Below are positions 21,697 to 31,708 of a stretch of DNA of 64,000 nucleotides, piece by piece; positions within the stretch are counted from its first letter, which is position 1, and each line of letters opens with the position of its first letter. This DNA is from Savitreella phatthalungensis (Eukaryota). The notes under the pieces are model-generated. The model searched no databases, was not told where the DNA came from, and saw only the letters and a list, made by a program, of their open reading frames with translations. The stretch spans positions 434,001 through 498,000 of the forward strand of contig AP039695.1 of assembly GCA_051599415.1 (NCBI GenBank), written 5' to 3'. The position numbers and the translations under genes were made by a program.

Positions 21697-23994
21697 ATGC
21701 GCTTCGGTCAAACCCTCCGTGACAGCCAGCGCAAGGACTGGCCTTATCTAACATATGACGATCTCAAAGTCCTGCTCAAGCAAGACAAGCCAGCAGAGGA
21801 ATGGACTGAAGACGACGAGTCGCGTTTCGTCGAAAGGCTCGATGAAAACCTAGAAAAGGTCTACAGTTTCCAGGCAGAGCACTATGACAAGCTCGTCGGC
21901 GACGTCACCCGACTCGAGAACGAGCTAGACAGCATCCAATCAGCCGCCTCCCACTCCGCAGACGAGAAGCAGGTCAAGAGCTTCATCCAGGGACTCGACA
22001 ACCTGACAGAAGAGAGCAAGGAGCTGGAGAAGTACAGCCGAGTCAACTACACAGGCTTTGTCAAGATTGTCAAAAAGCACGACAAGCTTCACACAAAGTA
22101 CACAGTCAGACCGCTTCTCAATGTGCGGATGCAGGCATGTACTTTCAACAAGGAAAATTACTCTCCCCTCCTCTTCCGTCTCTCTGCATTGTATGCTGGC
22201 GTACGTGAGCTCGCAGAAGAAGATGCCAACTTGGCGAAATCGGTCGGCACGATCGATGGATCGAACTCACAAGCGGTCGGTGACGCCGCGAGCGCGCCTG
22301 CAGTATATCGATTCTGGGTACATCCGGACAACTATATGGAGGTCAAGACCTTCATCCTCCGCCGCCTTCCAGTGCTTGTCTTCACAGACAACGACAAGCA
22401 AGATGTCGACGCACAGGGCTACCACGACGATCCCACCATCACCCAGCTCTACTTCGACTCGAAATTCTTCAAGCTCTACCTCGACAAGCTGGAACACAAG
22501 CCGGAAGCAAAGTCAATCTTCGTTCAGTGGTACGGTAACCTCAAGTCTCAGGCCCAGCTCTTCGTCCACCGTGAGACTTCGACTGGCGAGGACGACTCGG
22601 AAGTCCAGGCAGATTCCTTCCCAATCAAGGAGAAATACGTCCAGGGATTCTTCGCTGGCGAGCCTGTCATGGACAAGCAGTTCAAGAAGCAGCACGACCC
22701 GGAATCTTTCAGCCGCGTGGTCAAGTCAATCCAGGCAGATGCACTTCAGAACAGACTTGAACCCATCCTCCGCGCCACATATACGCGCACAGCATTCCAG
22801 ATTCCTGGAGACGACGCCGTCAAGGTGACCCTTGACACGAACGTCGCACTGATTCGGGAGGATGCGCTTGACACAGATCGACCATGCCGTGACCCAGAAA
22901 CGTGGCACAGACGCGACATTGATGAGCAAGGACAGGAGTATCCATACAAGAGCATCAATAAGGGCGAGATCAATCGCCTGCCCTTCGGCCTGCTCGAGAT
23001 CAAGATCAAGCGCCGTCCCGGGTTCGTTGAGCCCTCTTGGATCGAGGATCTCTCGTCATCCCACCTGGTCAAGGCCGCTCCACGCTTCAGCAAGTACGCG
23101 CACGGCGTCGCCACCCTGTTTGAGAACCACGTCAACCTTCTTCCGTTCTGGCTGCCCGACGCAGACAAAGATATCCGGATCGACCCAACCAGCAGCGAGG
23201 GTCAGTCGGACGACAAGTCGTACCCGCCCAAGATGGTTTTCACTCCACGCTCACTCGAATCGAAGGCTCTGATCGAGGCTGCCCGGAACGCTCGTCACAA
23301 CGCCGGCGATTTGAAACGTCGTGGGGAATCAATCGATGCAGGCAGCAGCTCTGGCAAGTCGAAGAACAAAGAGAAGTCGAAGACGAAGGTGACGTTGGTG
23401 GCAGACACAATGGACGAAGGAAAGACTGCCAACTACGGTGCCACCCGTGACGGTGATTTGCTCGTCGGCGCAAGCCGGATGTCATCTCTGAAGCGCGTGC
23501 GCTCCATGCACCAGGTTCTCACGGGCCACACTATGCACACCGACACTTTCGACATCTCGCAGCTCCCGCCCGGTGTGAAAAAGCCCGGAAAGCTGATCAA
23601 GGACTCTGGTCCGAACAAGGTAGAAGCTAAGGTCTGGTTGGCGAATGAGCGTACGTTCATCAAGTGGATGCACGTCGGCGTCCTCCTGGCAACAGTCGCT
23701 CTCGGGCTCTACAACGCCGCAAGAACGCCTGCAGCTCGGGCAGTCGGTGCCATCTATGCCGTCATCGCCGTTGGCATGGCCGGCTGGGGCTACTACGTTT
23801 ACCAGCGACGAGCACGCATGATCCGCGATCGTTCACCAGAGCACTTTGACGCCTTCTCAGGGCCCATTCTCCTCTGCCTCGCCATGATGATCTCACTCCT
23901 AATCAACTTCTTCTGGAGATACCAAGAACTCTCCAACACACACCCACATTTAGTACCTAACATCATCAGGCCTTATGTCGCAGGCAGCCATTGA
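21697..23994 (+). CDS. VTC2: Vacuolar transporter chaperone Vtc2/Vtc3 (SPX-VTC-DUF202), polyphosphate polymerase complex subunit
   Basis: SPX (MRFG...YDDLK, NYTGFVKIVKKHDK); FWVHPDNYMEVKTFILRRLPVL; YTRTAFQIPGDD; KVEAKVWLANERTFIKW followed by 3 TM helices. These motifs match Vtc2/3 better than Vtc4. Confidence 0.9.
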   Translation: MRFGQTLRDSQRKDWPYLTYDDLKVLLKQDKPAEEWTEDDESRFVERLDENLEKVYSFQAEHYDKLVGDVTRLENELDSIQSAASHSADEKQVKSFIQGLDNLTEESKELEKYSRVNYTGFVKIVKKHDKLHTKYTVRPLLNVRMQACTFNKENYSPLLFRLSALYAGVRELAEEDANLAKSVGTIDGSNSQAVGDAASAPAVYRFWVHPDNYMEVKTFILRRLPVLVFTDNDKQDVDAQGYHDDPTITQLYFDSKFFKLYLDKLEHKPEAKSIFVQWYGNLKSQAQLFVHRETSTGEDDSEVQADSFPIKEKYVQGFFAGEPVMDKQFKKQHDPESFSRVVKSIQADALQNRLEPILRATYTRTAFQIPGDDAVKVTLDTNVALIREDALDTDRPCRDPETWHRRDIDEQGQEYPYKSINKGEINRLPFGLLEIKIKRRPGFVEPSWIEDLSSSHLVKAAPRFSKYAHGVATLFENHVNLLPFWLPDADKDIRIDPTSSEGQSDDKSYPPKMVFTPRSLESKALIEAARNARHNAGDLKRRGESIDAGSSSGKSKNKEKSKTKVTLVADTMDEGKTANYGATRDGDLLVGASRMSSLKRVRSMHQVLTGHTMHTDTFDISQLPPGVKKPGKLIKDSGPNKVEAKVWLANERTFIKWMHVGVLLATVALGLYNAARTPAARAVGAIYAVIAVGMAGWGYYVYQRRARMIRDRSPEHFDAFSGPILLCLAMMISLLINFFWRYQELSNTHPHLVPNIIRPYVAGSH

Positions 23995-24294
23995 ACAGCT
24001 GAAGGATAGACAGTAGCGCGGAAATAGTCTTAGAGGAGCCGGCGGGCGTCTAGCGTAGTCTCGTAATAGCATCACTAAATGATGCGAAAGCGAAGCATCC
24101 CTCGCTCACTCGCCTTGACTTGCTTGCCCTTTCGCCCGAATCATACAAATGTGTGCATCCATTTGACAGCGTATATTCAGTCGATCGGCTATGCCGTCGA
24201 TCGTCTTGAATCCACAATCACGATCAAATGGGATATCTTTGGAGGCTCAGTCAGACGACCTCTTCTACCGTATCCGCTCAGCATCCCGGCGTGG

Positions 24295-25839
24295 ATGCTC
24301 AAGAGTCTCATCAGAAGTACCTCGATCTCTACGACAGCCCGTATTGCATCTCGTACCATGTCTTGCCTGACGACGTCGGAGCGCAAAGCAGCTGAAGACT
24401 TCTGCGCTTTCCTAGATGCTTCACCGAGTCCCTACCACGCGGTCGATTCCGCCAAGAAGCTCTTGACCGCTGCTGGCTTTACACAGCTGCGGGAGCGTGA
24501 CCCATGGACATCGTCCACGGTCCGTGCTGGCGGAAAGTACTTTGTCACGCGAAACAACTCGTCGATTGTGGCGTTTGCGCTCGGCGGGTCATGGCGACCT
24601 GGCTCTCCTCTCGCCATCGTCGGCGCCCACACGGACTCTCCATGTCTGAAAGTAAAGCCGACGAGCGCCAAGACGTCCGAAAACTTCCTCCAGCTCGGCG
24701 TCGAGACCTACGGCGGCGGGATCTGGCACACCTGGTTCGATCGTGATCTGTCGCTGGCTGGCCGAGTGCTGGTCCGCAGGAAAGGGTCTCCCATGGTCGA
24801 CCAGCTGCTCGTCCACGTCAAGAAACCGATCCTCAGAGTACCCACGCTCGCAATCCATCTCGACAGAACCGCAAACGACGCCTTCAAATTCAACAACGAA
24901 ACACACCTGACCCCGATCCTAGGCACCATCGCAGCAGCAGCACTCCAATCACAACCACAACCACCATCACAAACCCTCCCAAAAAAAATCGGCGCACCAC
25001 TCCTCCCTGCAGACGAGAGACACCACCGGGGCCTGATCTCCCTAATTAGCAGTGAGCTAGGACTGGGTGATGGCGACGAGATTTGTGATTTCGAGTTGTG
25101 CCTGTATGACACTCAGGGTGCTTGCGTTGGTGGTCTTCACGATGAGTTTGTGTTCTCTGGGCGGTTGGACAACTTGGGATGCACGTTTGCCAGTATGCGT
25201 GGGCTTGTGCAGTCGCTCGCGGATGGTGGGCTGGGTGACGACGGGAGCGGTCGCGTGGTGGCATGCTTCGATCACGAAGAAATCGGATCGGTTTCAGCGC
25301 AGGGCGCAGACTCCAACTTCCTACCACAAATCCTAACCCGCCTCAACTCCAGAACCCTCGTCGCCCCCGGCAACAGCGACACCATCCACGGACCAGACCA
25401 CGCCCTCCACGCTCAGGCAATCGCCAAGTCATTCCTGGTCTCAGCAGACATGGCACACGCACTCAACCCAAACTACGCCGCACACTACGAGGATAACCAC
25501 AGGCCAGCACTCAACGGCGGCATCGTCATCAAGGTGAATTCGAATCAAAGGTACGCGACCAACGCCGTCGGCGTTGCTACCATGCAGGCTGTTGCGAGGA
25601 CGGGCGATCACGAGGTCCAGGTGTTTGTCGTCAGACAGGATCACCCGTGTGGTAGCACGATTGGTCCGATGCTGTCAGCGTCCATGGGCGTCAGGACTTG
25701 TGATGTCGGAATCGCCCAATTGGATATGCACTCGTGCAGGGAGATGTGTGGAGCTCAAGATATCGGGAAGGCTATCAACTTCTTCGCCACTTTCTTCAAT
25801 CACTACAATACACTCTGGAAGACGATCGAGGTCGACTGA
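24295..25839 (+). CDS. APE4: Aspartyl aminopeptidase (M18); alternative start at 24358
   Basis: SPSPYHAV, GAHTDSPCLK, GVETYGGGIWHTWFDRDL, FDHEEIGS, SADMAHA, CGSTIGP, MHSCRE. Confidence 0.95.
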   Translation: MLKSLIRSTSISTTARIASRTMSCLTTSERKAAEDFCAFLDASPSPYHAVDSAKKLLTAAGFTQLRERDPWTSSTVRAGGKYFVTRNNSSIVAFALGGSWRPGSPLAIVGAHTDSPCLKVKPTSAKTSENFLQLGVETYGGGIWHTWFDRDLSLAGRVLVRRKGSPMVDQLLVHVKKPILRVPTLAIHLDRTANDAFKFNNETHLTPILGTIAAAALQSQPQPPSQTLPKKIGAPLLPADERHHRGLISLISSELGLGDGDEICDFELCLYDTQGACVGGLHDEFVFSGRLDNLGCTFASMRGLVQSLADGGLGDDGSGRVVACFDHEEIGSVSAQGADSNFLPQILTRLNSRTLVAPGNSDTIHGPDHALHAQAIAKSFLVSADMAHALNPNYAAHYEDNHRPALNGGIVIKVNSNQRYATNAVGVATMQAVARTGDHEVQVFVVRQDHPCGSTIGPMLSASMGVRTCDVGIAQLDMHSCREMCGAQDIGKAINFFATFFNHYNTLWKTIEVD

Positions 25840-25952
25840 AGGGTATGCATGCAGCTCAAGTGGCAGGAGAGGTATGTACAATTTGGATATCATTTCGTGT
25901 CTTTCGTTTGCTTGCATTTGTTATAATTGGAATTAGAGGGGGTGGGCGATGA

Positions 25953-27965
25953 TTATCGGGGGGTGAAGCCGGTAGAGAGGAGAATCAGTTTCTTCTTTTT
26001 CTGTTGTTGCTTTGTTTGCTTCTTTGGGAAGAGGTCGTTGCCTGACTTGGACGGGGTCTCTTGAGGATCCGGCAGGGTGGACGCGGTGATGGCATTCTGC
26101 ACCGACCATTGTTCAATCTGCTCTGACCAGGATGGCGTCCCATCATTCTCGCTGCCACGGAGGTAGGTCTCCCTGCCGCTGGGTGAGACGGACGAGGGAA
26201 TGGCAGCGGTGCCCCACACGGTGCGACCGTGCTCGAACGAGGTGCCTTGGGTGAGTGGATCGAAGGCGTTGCGATCGTCTTGACTCCTGCGAGAGCCAAA
26301 GTACGACGAGTCTGCAAAGTCGTGGAGGGATGGATCGATTTGATGTGCAGATTCATCGTCGGGCGTAAAGACGGTGGCTGCATCCTCGTCAAAGTCGAAT
26401 TGCAAATCACGACCGCCGTGACGGTCTCGACGCTCTTGCGCTTGTTGTGCCCGTCGTCTTGCAGCGTCTTCTGTAGCGGCTTTGTCCTTGCGCTTTCGCC
26501 GCCGGCGGTCGATCTCTTGCTGGTAACCCTTCAGCACTTCCTCTTCAACCACGCCTGACCAGTCACACTCGAGGAAGGTGACCTCACATCCGAGCGGCAA
26601 GTGGGAGAGGTACTTGGTTCGGCGACGGAGGTCCTCAGTCAGACTTTGAGTCTGGGCAGCTTCGACGCGGGCGATGATGTGATCAGGGAATGCCGAGAAG
26701 TGCTCGAATGCCTTCTTCAAGATCCGGATGTCGAATGGCGACAGGTAGAAGTGACAACCTGTACGGGGCTGGTAGAAGTAGTAACGATCGTCCACGACGG
26801 CAGGGTTCGTGGAAGGGTGCAGGGTCGATGAATCAGCGAGGAAAGCATCAGGTGCGCTGGTGTCATGCTGTTCGTATTGCACTGGAGCCCGCTGCTGCCG
26901 ACGAAGAGCTGTGTCAGAGGTGGGCTTCGGTGCAATGCTCATGCTGTCATACAACTCTGCTGTTTCGGAGATCTTGTCCATGGCGATCGTCATCCACGGA
27001 TCTTCTTGCCCATATTGCTTTGCATCTGCTTCGCGGGAAGTCAAGAGGTCCGTGATCTCATTGTCACGTGACTGACGCATGTACTTCGCATCGCCACGCA
27101 CGATTCGGGCGTATTCAAGGACCTCTGCCTGGTTGTGCCACGGTACAGTGTCTGCATCGACCTCTGGAGCATCTCTTGGAAGAGCGTGCATTGAGCCTGT
27201 CTGGCGTGAGATGAGACGTAGAAGAACGTCGTGTCCTTGTTGTGGAATGATCTCCTGTGCTTCAAACCACTTGACGGGCCGCAAGTCTGCCGGATAGATG
27301 CCGTCGTGGCAGATTGGGCACTTTCGCCATTTGCCATTCGTACGACCGGTCTCGATATCCTCGCTTGCAAGATACCTCAGGACACAAGGATAGCAAAAGA
27401 CGTGTCCACACTTTGCCATGCGCGGCGCCACGGGGACGCTGTCGAGGCAGATTGGACAGTTGTCGCGCTGTGTCTGTGCAGATGCGATCACCTGCAGGAC
27501 GTTCTCCCAGGGAACGGGCAGGTCGGCTTGCAAGAGATTTGACCTGTATCCATCTCCTGAGGATGGATGCACGACGAATCGGTAATTCGCGTTGACGAAA
27601 TGAGCTTTGTCAAGTGGGTGATATCCGGAACCGAGACCGTAGCTGGGGTTTGTGCGCTTCGCCTTCCGGACAGGCGGTAAAGCGTTATTGTCGGTGCGCC
27701 GTGCGTACGTAAAGTTGAGCAAGTGATTGAGATTCTGCTCTGGCTTGCGGTGTGGTCGGTGGGCTTGTTTGGGGGCGCGAGCGGCATTTGCCCCGTGAGC
27801 GACTTGCGCATGATGATTGTGATTGTGATTGTGATTGTGATTGTGGTGATGTCTTGCGTTGTGTGAAGCAGACTTGCTGGCATTGCTACTGCCTGTGCCA
27901 GCATTGCCGAGGTTACCGCCTGAGCCACCCTGGATGTCAATTGTGGCAATGGACTTGTGTGCCAT
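25953..27965 (-). CDS. MAG2: RING-finger E3 ligase Mag2/RNF10
   Basis: LNHLLNF, FVNANYRFVV, CPICL...CGHVFCYPC...CPIC RING, LRRRTKYLSHLPLGC, terminal KKKKLILLSTG; N-terminal (HN)n repeat. Confidence 0.93.
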   Translation of the reverse strand: MAHKSIATIDIQGGSGGNLGNAGTGSSNASKSASHNARHHHNHNHNHNHNHHAQVAHGANAARAPKQAHRPHRKPEQNLNHLLNFTYARRTDNNALPPVRKAKRTNPSYGLGSGYHPLDKAHFVNANYRFVVHPSSGDGYRSNLLQADLPVPWENVLQVIASAQTQRDNCPICLDSVPVAPRMAKCGHVFCYPCVLRYLASEDIETGRTNGKWRKCPICHDGIYPADLRPVKWFEAQEIIPQQGHDVLLRLISRQTGSMHALPRDAPEVDADTVPWHNQAEVLEYARIVRGDAKYMRQSRDNEITDLLTSREADAKQYGQEDPWMTIAMDKISETAELYDSMSIAPKPTSDTALRRQQRAPVQYEQHDTSAPDAFLADSSTLHPSTNPAVVDDRYYFYQPRTGCHFYLSPFDIRILKKAFEHFSAFPDHIIARVEAAQTQSLTEDLRRRTKYLSHLPLGCEVTFLECDWSGVVEEEVLKGYQQEIDRRRRKRKDKAATEDAARRRAQQAQERRDRHGGRDLQFDFDEDAATVFTPDDESAHQIDPSLHDFADSSYFGSRRSQDDRNAFDPLTQGTSFEHGRTVWGTAAIPSSVSPSGRETYLRGSENDGTPSWSEQIEQWSVQNAITASTLPDPQETPSKSGNDLFPKKQTKQQQKKKKLILLSTGFTPR

Positions 27966-29661
27966 GTCTTCGGCGATTGTTGGAGTAGATATGGTTTTGG
28001 TGAATTAGTTGTGACCGTAGACCAATGAAGGACTCGGTTTTAGATTGCTGCTGAAGATGCTTGTGCGCGCACTGATGATGTTGAGATAGGAAACCTTCGC
28101 TTGCGCCCTTCGCGTTCTCAGATGAGGTATGCTTGAGGATTAAGAGCGCAGACTGACTTGGGTAATTTCGAGAGTGGTTCAAAGGGAGGCAAGCGCTTAC
28201 GCGACCTGCGACCTGCAATGACCCAGACCTCTTCCCTTTGGGAGTATACGGGTGAAGAGGTTGGAGAGTATGATGTTGTGATGATCAAGACGCGTCTGGA
28301 GAGTTGGTTAGGTATGGATGCAGTGAGGAAGGAGAGAGTAGAATGAGGGTGGGTTAGGAGAGGCGCGGGTGTATGACGAGAGTCAACTTGCTTAGGTGCA
28401 GCAAGGTAGTGAGTGTTTGAGTGATCCAGGTAGGTGAGACAGAGAAGGCGGAAGAAAGAGTTCTCGATAGAATAGTGTGCAAAGGGGGGAAAGAAAGGGA
28501 AGGGAGGAAGGGAGTTTTAGATGATTGGATTGATTGGATCTGGGACAAGTGAAAGGATGTTGGAAATGTATACGATATAGATACACAGGTGCAGTCAGTA
28601 AATAACCTGTTGTGATGTGATACGTAACTATGACTCTTTCTGGACTGTACTGATTGATTAACACTGGATCCACACATCACCAGCGTATCCAGGTTGGCTC
28701 AGTAGCAATTGACAGTGAAGCACTGAGTGATGGAAGTGGACCAGTGAATGGCAATGCATGGATGGATTAGCTACCTTTGGTTGGCTGTGGAAGATCTTCT
28801 GATCAAGTATCAGATACAGCGTAGATATTTTTTTTCAAAGAATGTTTCAGAGTCTACTAATTGTCTGAATTATTGATCACCAGCTAGCTATAGTAGGAGC
28901 ATACCTAGCCGAGGACCGGGATAGCAGGAGGCGAGCACGTGAGCGCAAGTTCGATCAAATTTGGCGATCAGTCGACTGAACCAACCTCGAAATCACAGAA
29001 TTTGATCGACCCATATATGAATCTATCTTCTTGCTATGACGATCGCTCGTACACCCAGGTGGGCAAAGAATCTTAGCATGTGATCAGACCAGGCGGAAAC
29101 CTGGAAACCTGGAAATCCTGCATCTGTATCAGCCACAAGCATTCAGAAATTGGGATGAATTTTGTGGCAGCATACACGTGAACTCAGCAATCGAATTGTG
29201 TATCCTGAGCGTGAGAATTCCTCTGCTCGATTCTGGTCAAGCTTCAGATCTTCTGTCAGTGTGCATCCGATAGTTGGCTCTTCCCTACCAGGCACCCACT
29301 CCCTCCATTCACTCACTTCCTCACTTTCCACCTTCACTGTCTGGGTCAATCATGCAACTCACTCCAGTAAGCCACGCTCACTGTCACTGTCACTCTCTCT
29401 GACCTGCTCCAACCCACCTCTCGGACTCTGCTCTGCTGCTAGCCAGGGCAATCATCCTTCCTTCCACTCACTCACTGAGAGTCTGTTACCTTCAGTCAGG
29501 CAGCAACCAGCCAGCTACCATCCTAGCGCAATCTACCAACCATCCTCAGGTCACCTTACTCCTCCTCCACTCATTCTCCCTCGCAACCTTCTCAGGTCAT
29601 CGTCTACTTTAGCATATTTCACCCAAGAACTTACACCTTCGTACATCGACAACACACGACA

Positions 29662-31574
29662 ATGCCTGCCACTACGTAAGTCACCTTTGTCAAAGTCCTA
29701 GATCCAGAATTGGAACAAAGAGCTTGATCCGCATGCCCGTCTACATCACGAGGATGCAGGTGTCTTCTCGAGGACGTTTGAACTAGGCGCGACCGGAAGC
29801 ACATGTCGGCAGACATCTATGGTCACCAAATGTCAAGTGCTGTTGCGCTCGCTACTGCTAGAGACCTGTCTTTCTCGATATACAGATTTCCTGTGAAGAA
29901 ACCTGTCTGTCATCGAAAGTCTCGGATGTCTCCTCTCTAGTCGACTCGCCAGCAACGGCCGCGATCCACCTTCTTCCTGCTTACTGGACAGATCTGTGTG
30001 AGCGATCTCTGTGAAGGGAAGTCTCATTGCCTTTGTCACCTGCTCTGTGAAGAGCTTGATAAGGACACACAAGTCAGTCGTCAGTCAGGAGTCTTGAGGC
30101 GTACGAGACAAAAGAGTCGAGATTGACCTACAATCATCATGCTCCGCTCGTTGCCTTTAAATCCAGATGAGTCAAGGCAAGTCGTCTTTGCACGACTGCC
30201 GTAGCTCTGTTTCTGAGTACGTCAAGTATTCAGGTGTTGCTGCATGGGACCAAGCCACTTCAGTATCGCGTGAGCGATACATGATCTGATGTCCCCGCGG
30301 CTAAATTCAATCGTCGGAGTTGCGCAGCTGCTGACGAGACTCTTAACGCGAGTCTCGTCTACAGACATTGTGCCCGATCGCCCTTTTTCTTAACTTCCCC
30401 GGAAGCATTTGCCCTGTTTTGTTGGCTGGCTGCCCATCTCTCCTACATCAATTTCGATCTCGGCAGATGAGGTCTACAAGCCCAGTTGCTGACCCAGTTC
30501 TACAGAGCCCCCACCAAGACCAACACACCTGTCCCGGAGTCTATCCTCAAGAAGAGGAAGACGGCCGACCAGAACAAGGCCGAGCGTGACGCCGCCCGCG
30601 TCGAGCGCAAGAAGGTAGGTCTACTCCACTGAAACTCCGCCAACCCAGCAATGTCCTCCGATTAGCGTTTCTCTTTCTGTGTTCCTCGTTCCCGATCCTG
30701 TCCTCTCTCTCTCCAGCGACGCAGCCTCCGCTTGTGATTACACCAAGCAATCATAGTCAGGAGATGCAGACAAACTTTTATTACAACATACCATCTTTCG
30801 GGTCTGAAGCGGTCTTCTACCGCGTCAAGCTGGAGAGATTTAGAGCTTGGGATCGAAATACGGGCGAGAGACTCTGAGATAACTGATCGAGAACAATCTT
30901 GTCGGCCTTTGGAACACTCAGGTTGACAGAAACTAACCCGTTTTTAGGCATCGAAGGCAAAGCGTGATGTCATCTTCAAGCGTGCTGAGAAGTACGTGCA
31001 GGAGTACCGTGCAGCTGAGCGGGAGGAGATCCGCCTGCGCCGTGCCGCCAAGCAGGCCGGTGACTTCTACGTGCCTGCTGAGGCCAAGGTCGCCTTCGTC
31101 ATCCGTATCAAGGGTATCAACAAGATTGCGCCGAAGCCACGAAAGATCATGCAGCTGCTGCGTCTGATCCAGATCAACAACGGTGTCTTTGTCAAGCTGA
31201 CCAAGGCTACCCAGCAGATGCTGACTTTGATCGAGCCATACGTCGCATACGGCGAGCCCAACCTCAAGACCGTCCGCGAGCTCATCTACAAGCGCGGTTA
31301 CGGCAAGGTCGATGGCCAGCGTATCCCGTTGTCCGACAACGCTATCATCGAGCAGGCGCTCGGCAAGTACGGCATCATCTCGATCGAGGACCTCATCCAC
31401 GAGATTATCACTGTCGGTCCAAACTTCAAGCAGGCAAACAACTTCCTCTGGCCATTCAAGCTCTCGAACCCACTCGGAGGATGGTCGGCAAAGAAGGCTC
31501 GTCACTTTGTCGAGAACGGTGACGCTGGCAACCGCGGTGACCACATCAACAAGCTCGTCCGTCGCATGAACTAG
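29662..31574 (+). CDS. RPL7: 60S ribosomal protein L7 (uL30), 249 aa; exons 29662-29675, 30506-30614, 30948-31574
   Basis: Spliced product [23 protein letters not shown]...[10 protein letters not shown]...FVIRIKGIN...[10 protein letters not shown]. Introns GTAAGT..GCTGAC..TACAG (830 nt) and GTAGGT..ACTAAC..TTTAG (333 nt) keep the frame. Confidence 0.97.
29839..30380 (+). ncRNA. Highly structured intronic RNA in RPL7 intron 1 (identity unknown)
   Basis: Many nested complementary stems found by eye, and three hairpins sharing a CTGTGAAG apex (29891, 30009, 30045). Confidence 0.6.
30728..30812 (+). ncRNA. Box C/D snoRNA, snR39/snR39B family, in RPL7 intron 2
   Basis: Terminal stem CCGCT (30728-30732)/AGCGG (30808-30812); box C variant GTGATTA (30734-30740); box D CTGA (30804-30807) preceded by ACCATCTTTCGGGT, complementary to conserved LSU rRNA ACCCGAAAGAUGGU. 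Confidence 0.9.
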
Positions 31575-31708
31575 ACCCACCCTTTCAAAAAGGGTAACAA
31601 ACCAGAAGATTTTCCATCTGCAATGAATGCATTTTTCTCCTATCTCTTAAGTACTGTACTCTCCTTCTCATATCGTGTCCACTTTTCTCCTTTGGGGGTG
31701 TGTCGATG

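Noticed and set aside
29094..29120. GGAAACCT-like triple repeat upstream of RPL7
   Set aside because: Short and degenerate; no factor can be assigned.
29676..30505. RPL7 intron 1 as RNase P/MRP, SRP, U3/U14, snR30, telomerase RNA, TPP riboswitch or hammerhead
   Set aside because: I could not find their diagnostic motifs by eye (CAGATGAGTC near 30164 lacks a matching GAAA core); only a covariance-model search can exclude them.
30933..31580. 215-aa antisense ORF over RPL7 exon 3
   Set aside because: Typical antisense shadow of a highly biased ribosomal-protein CDS.
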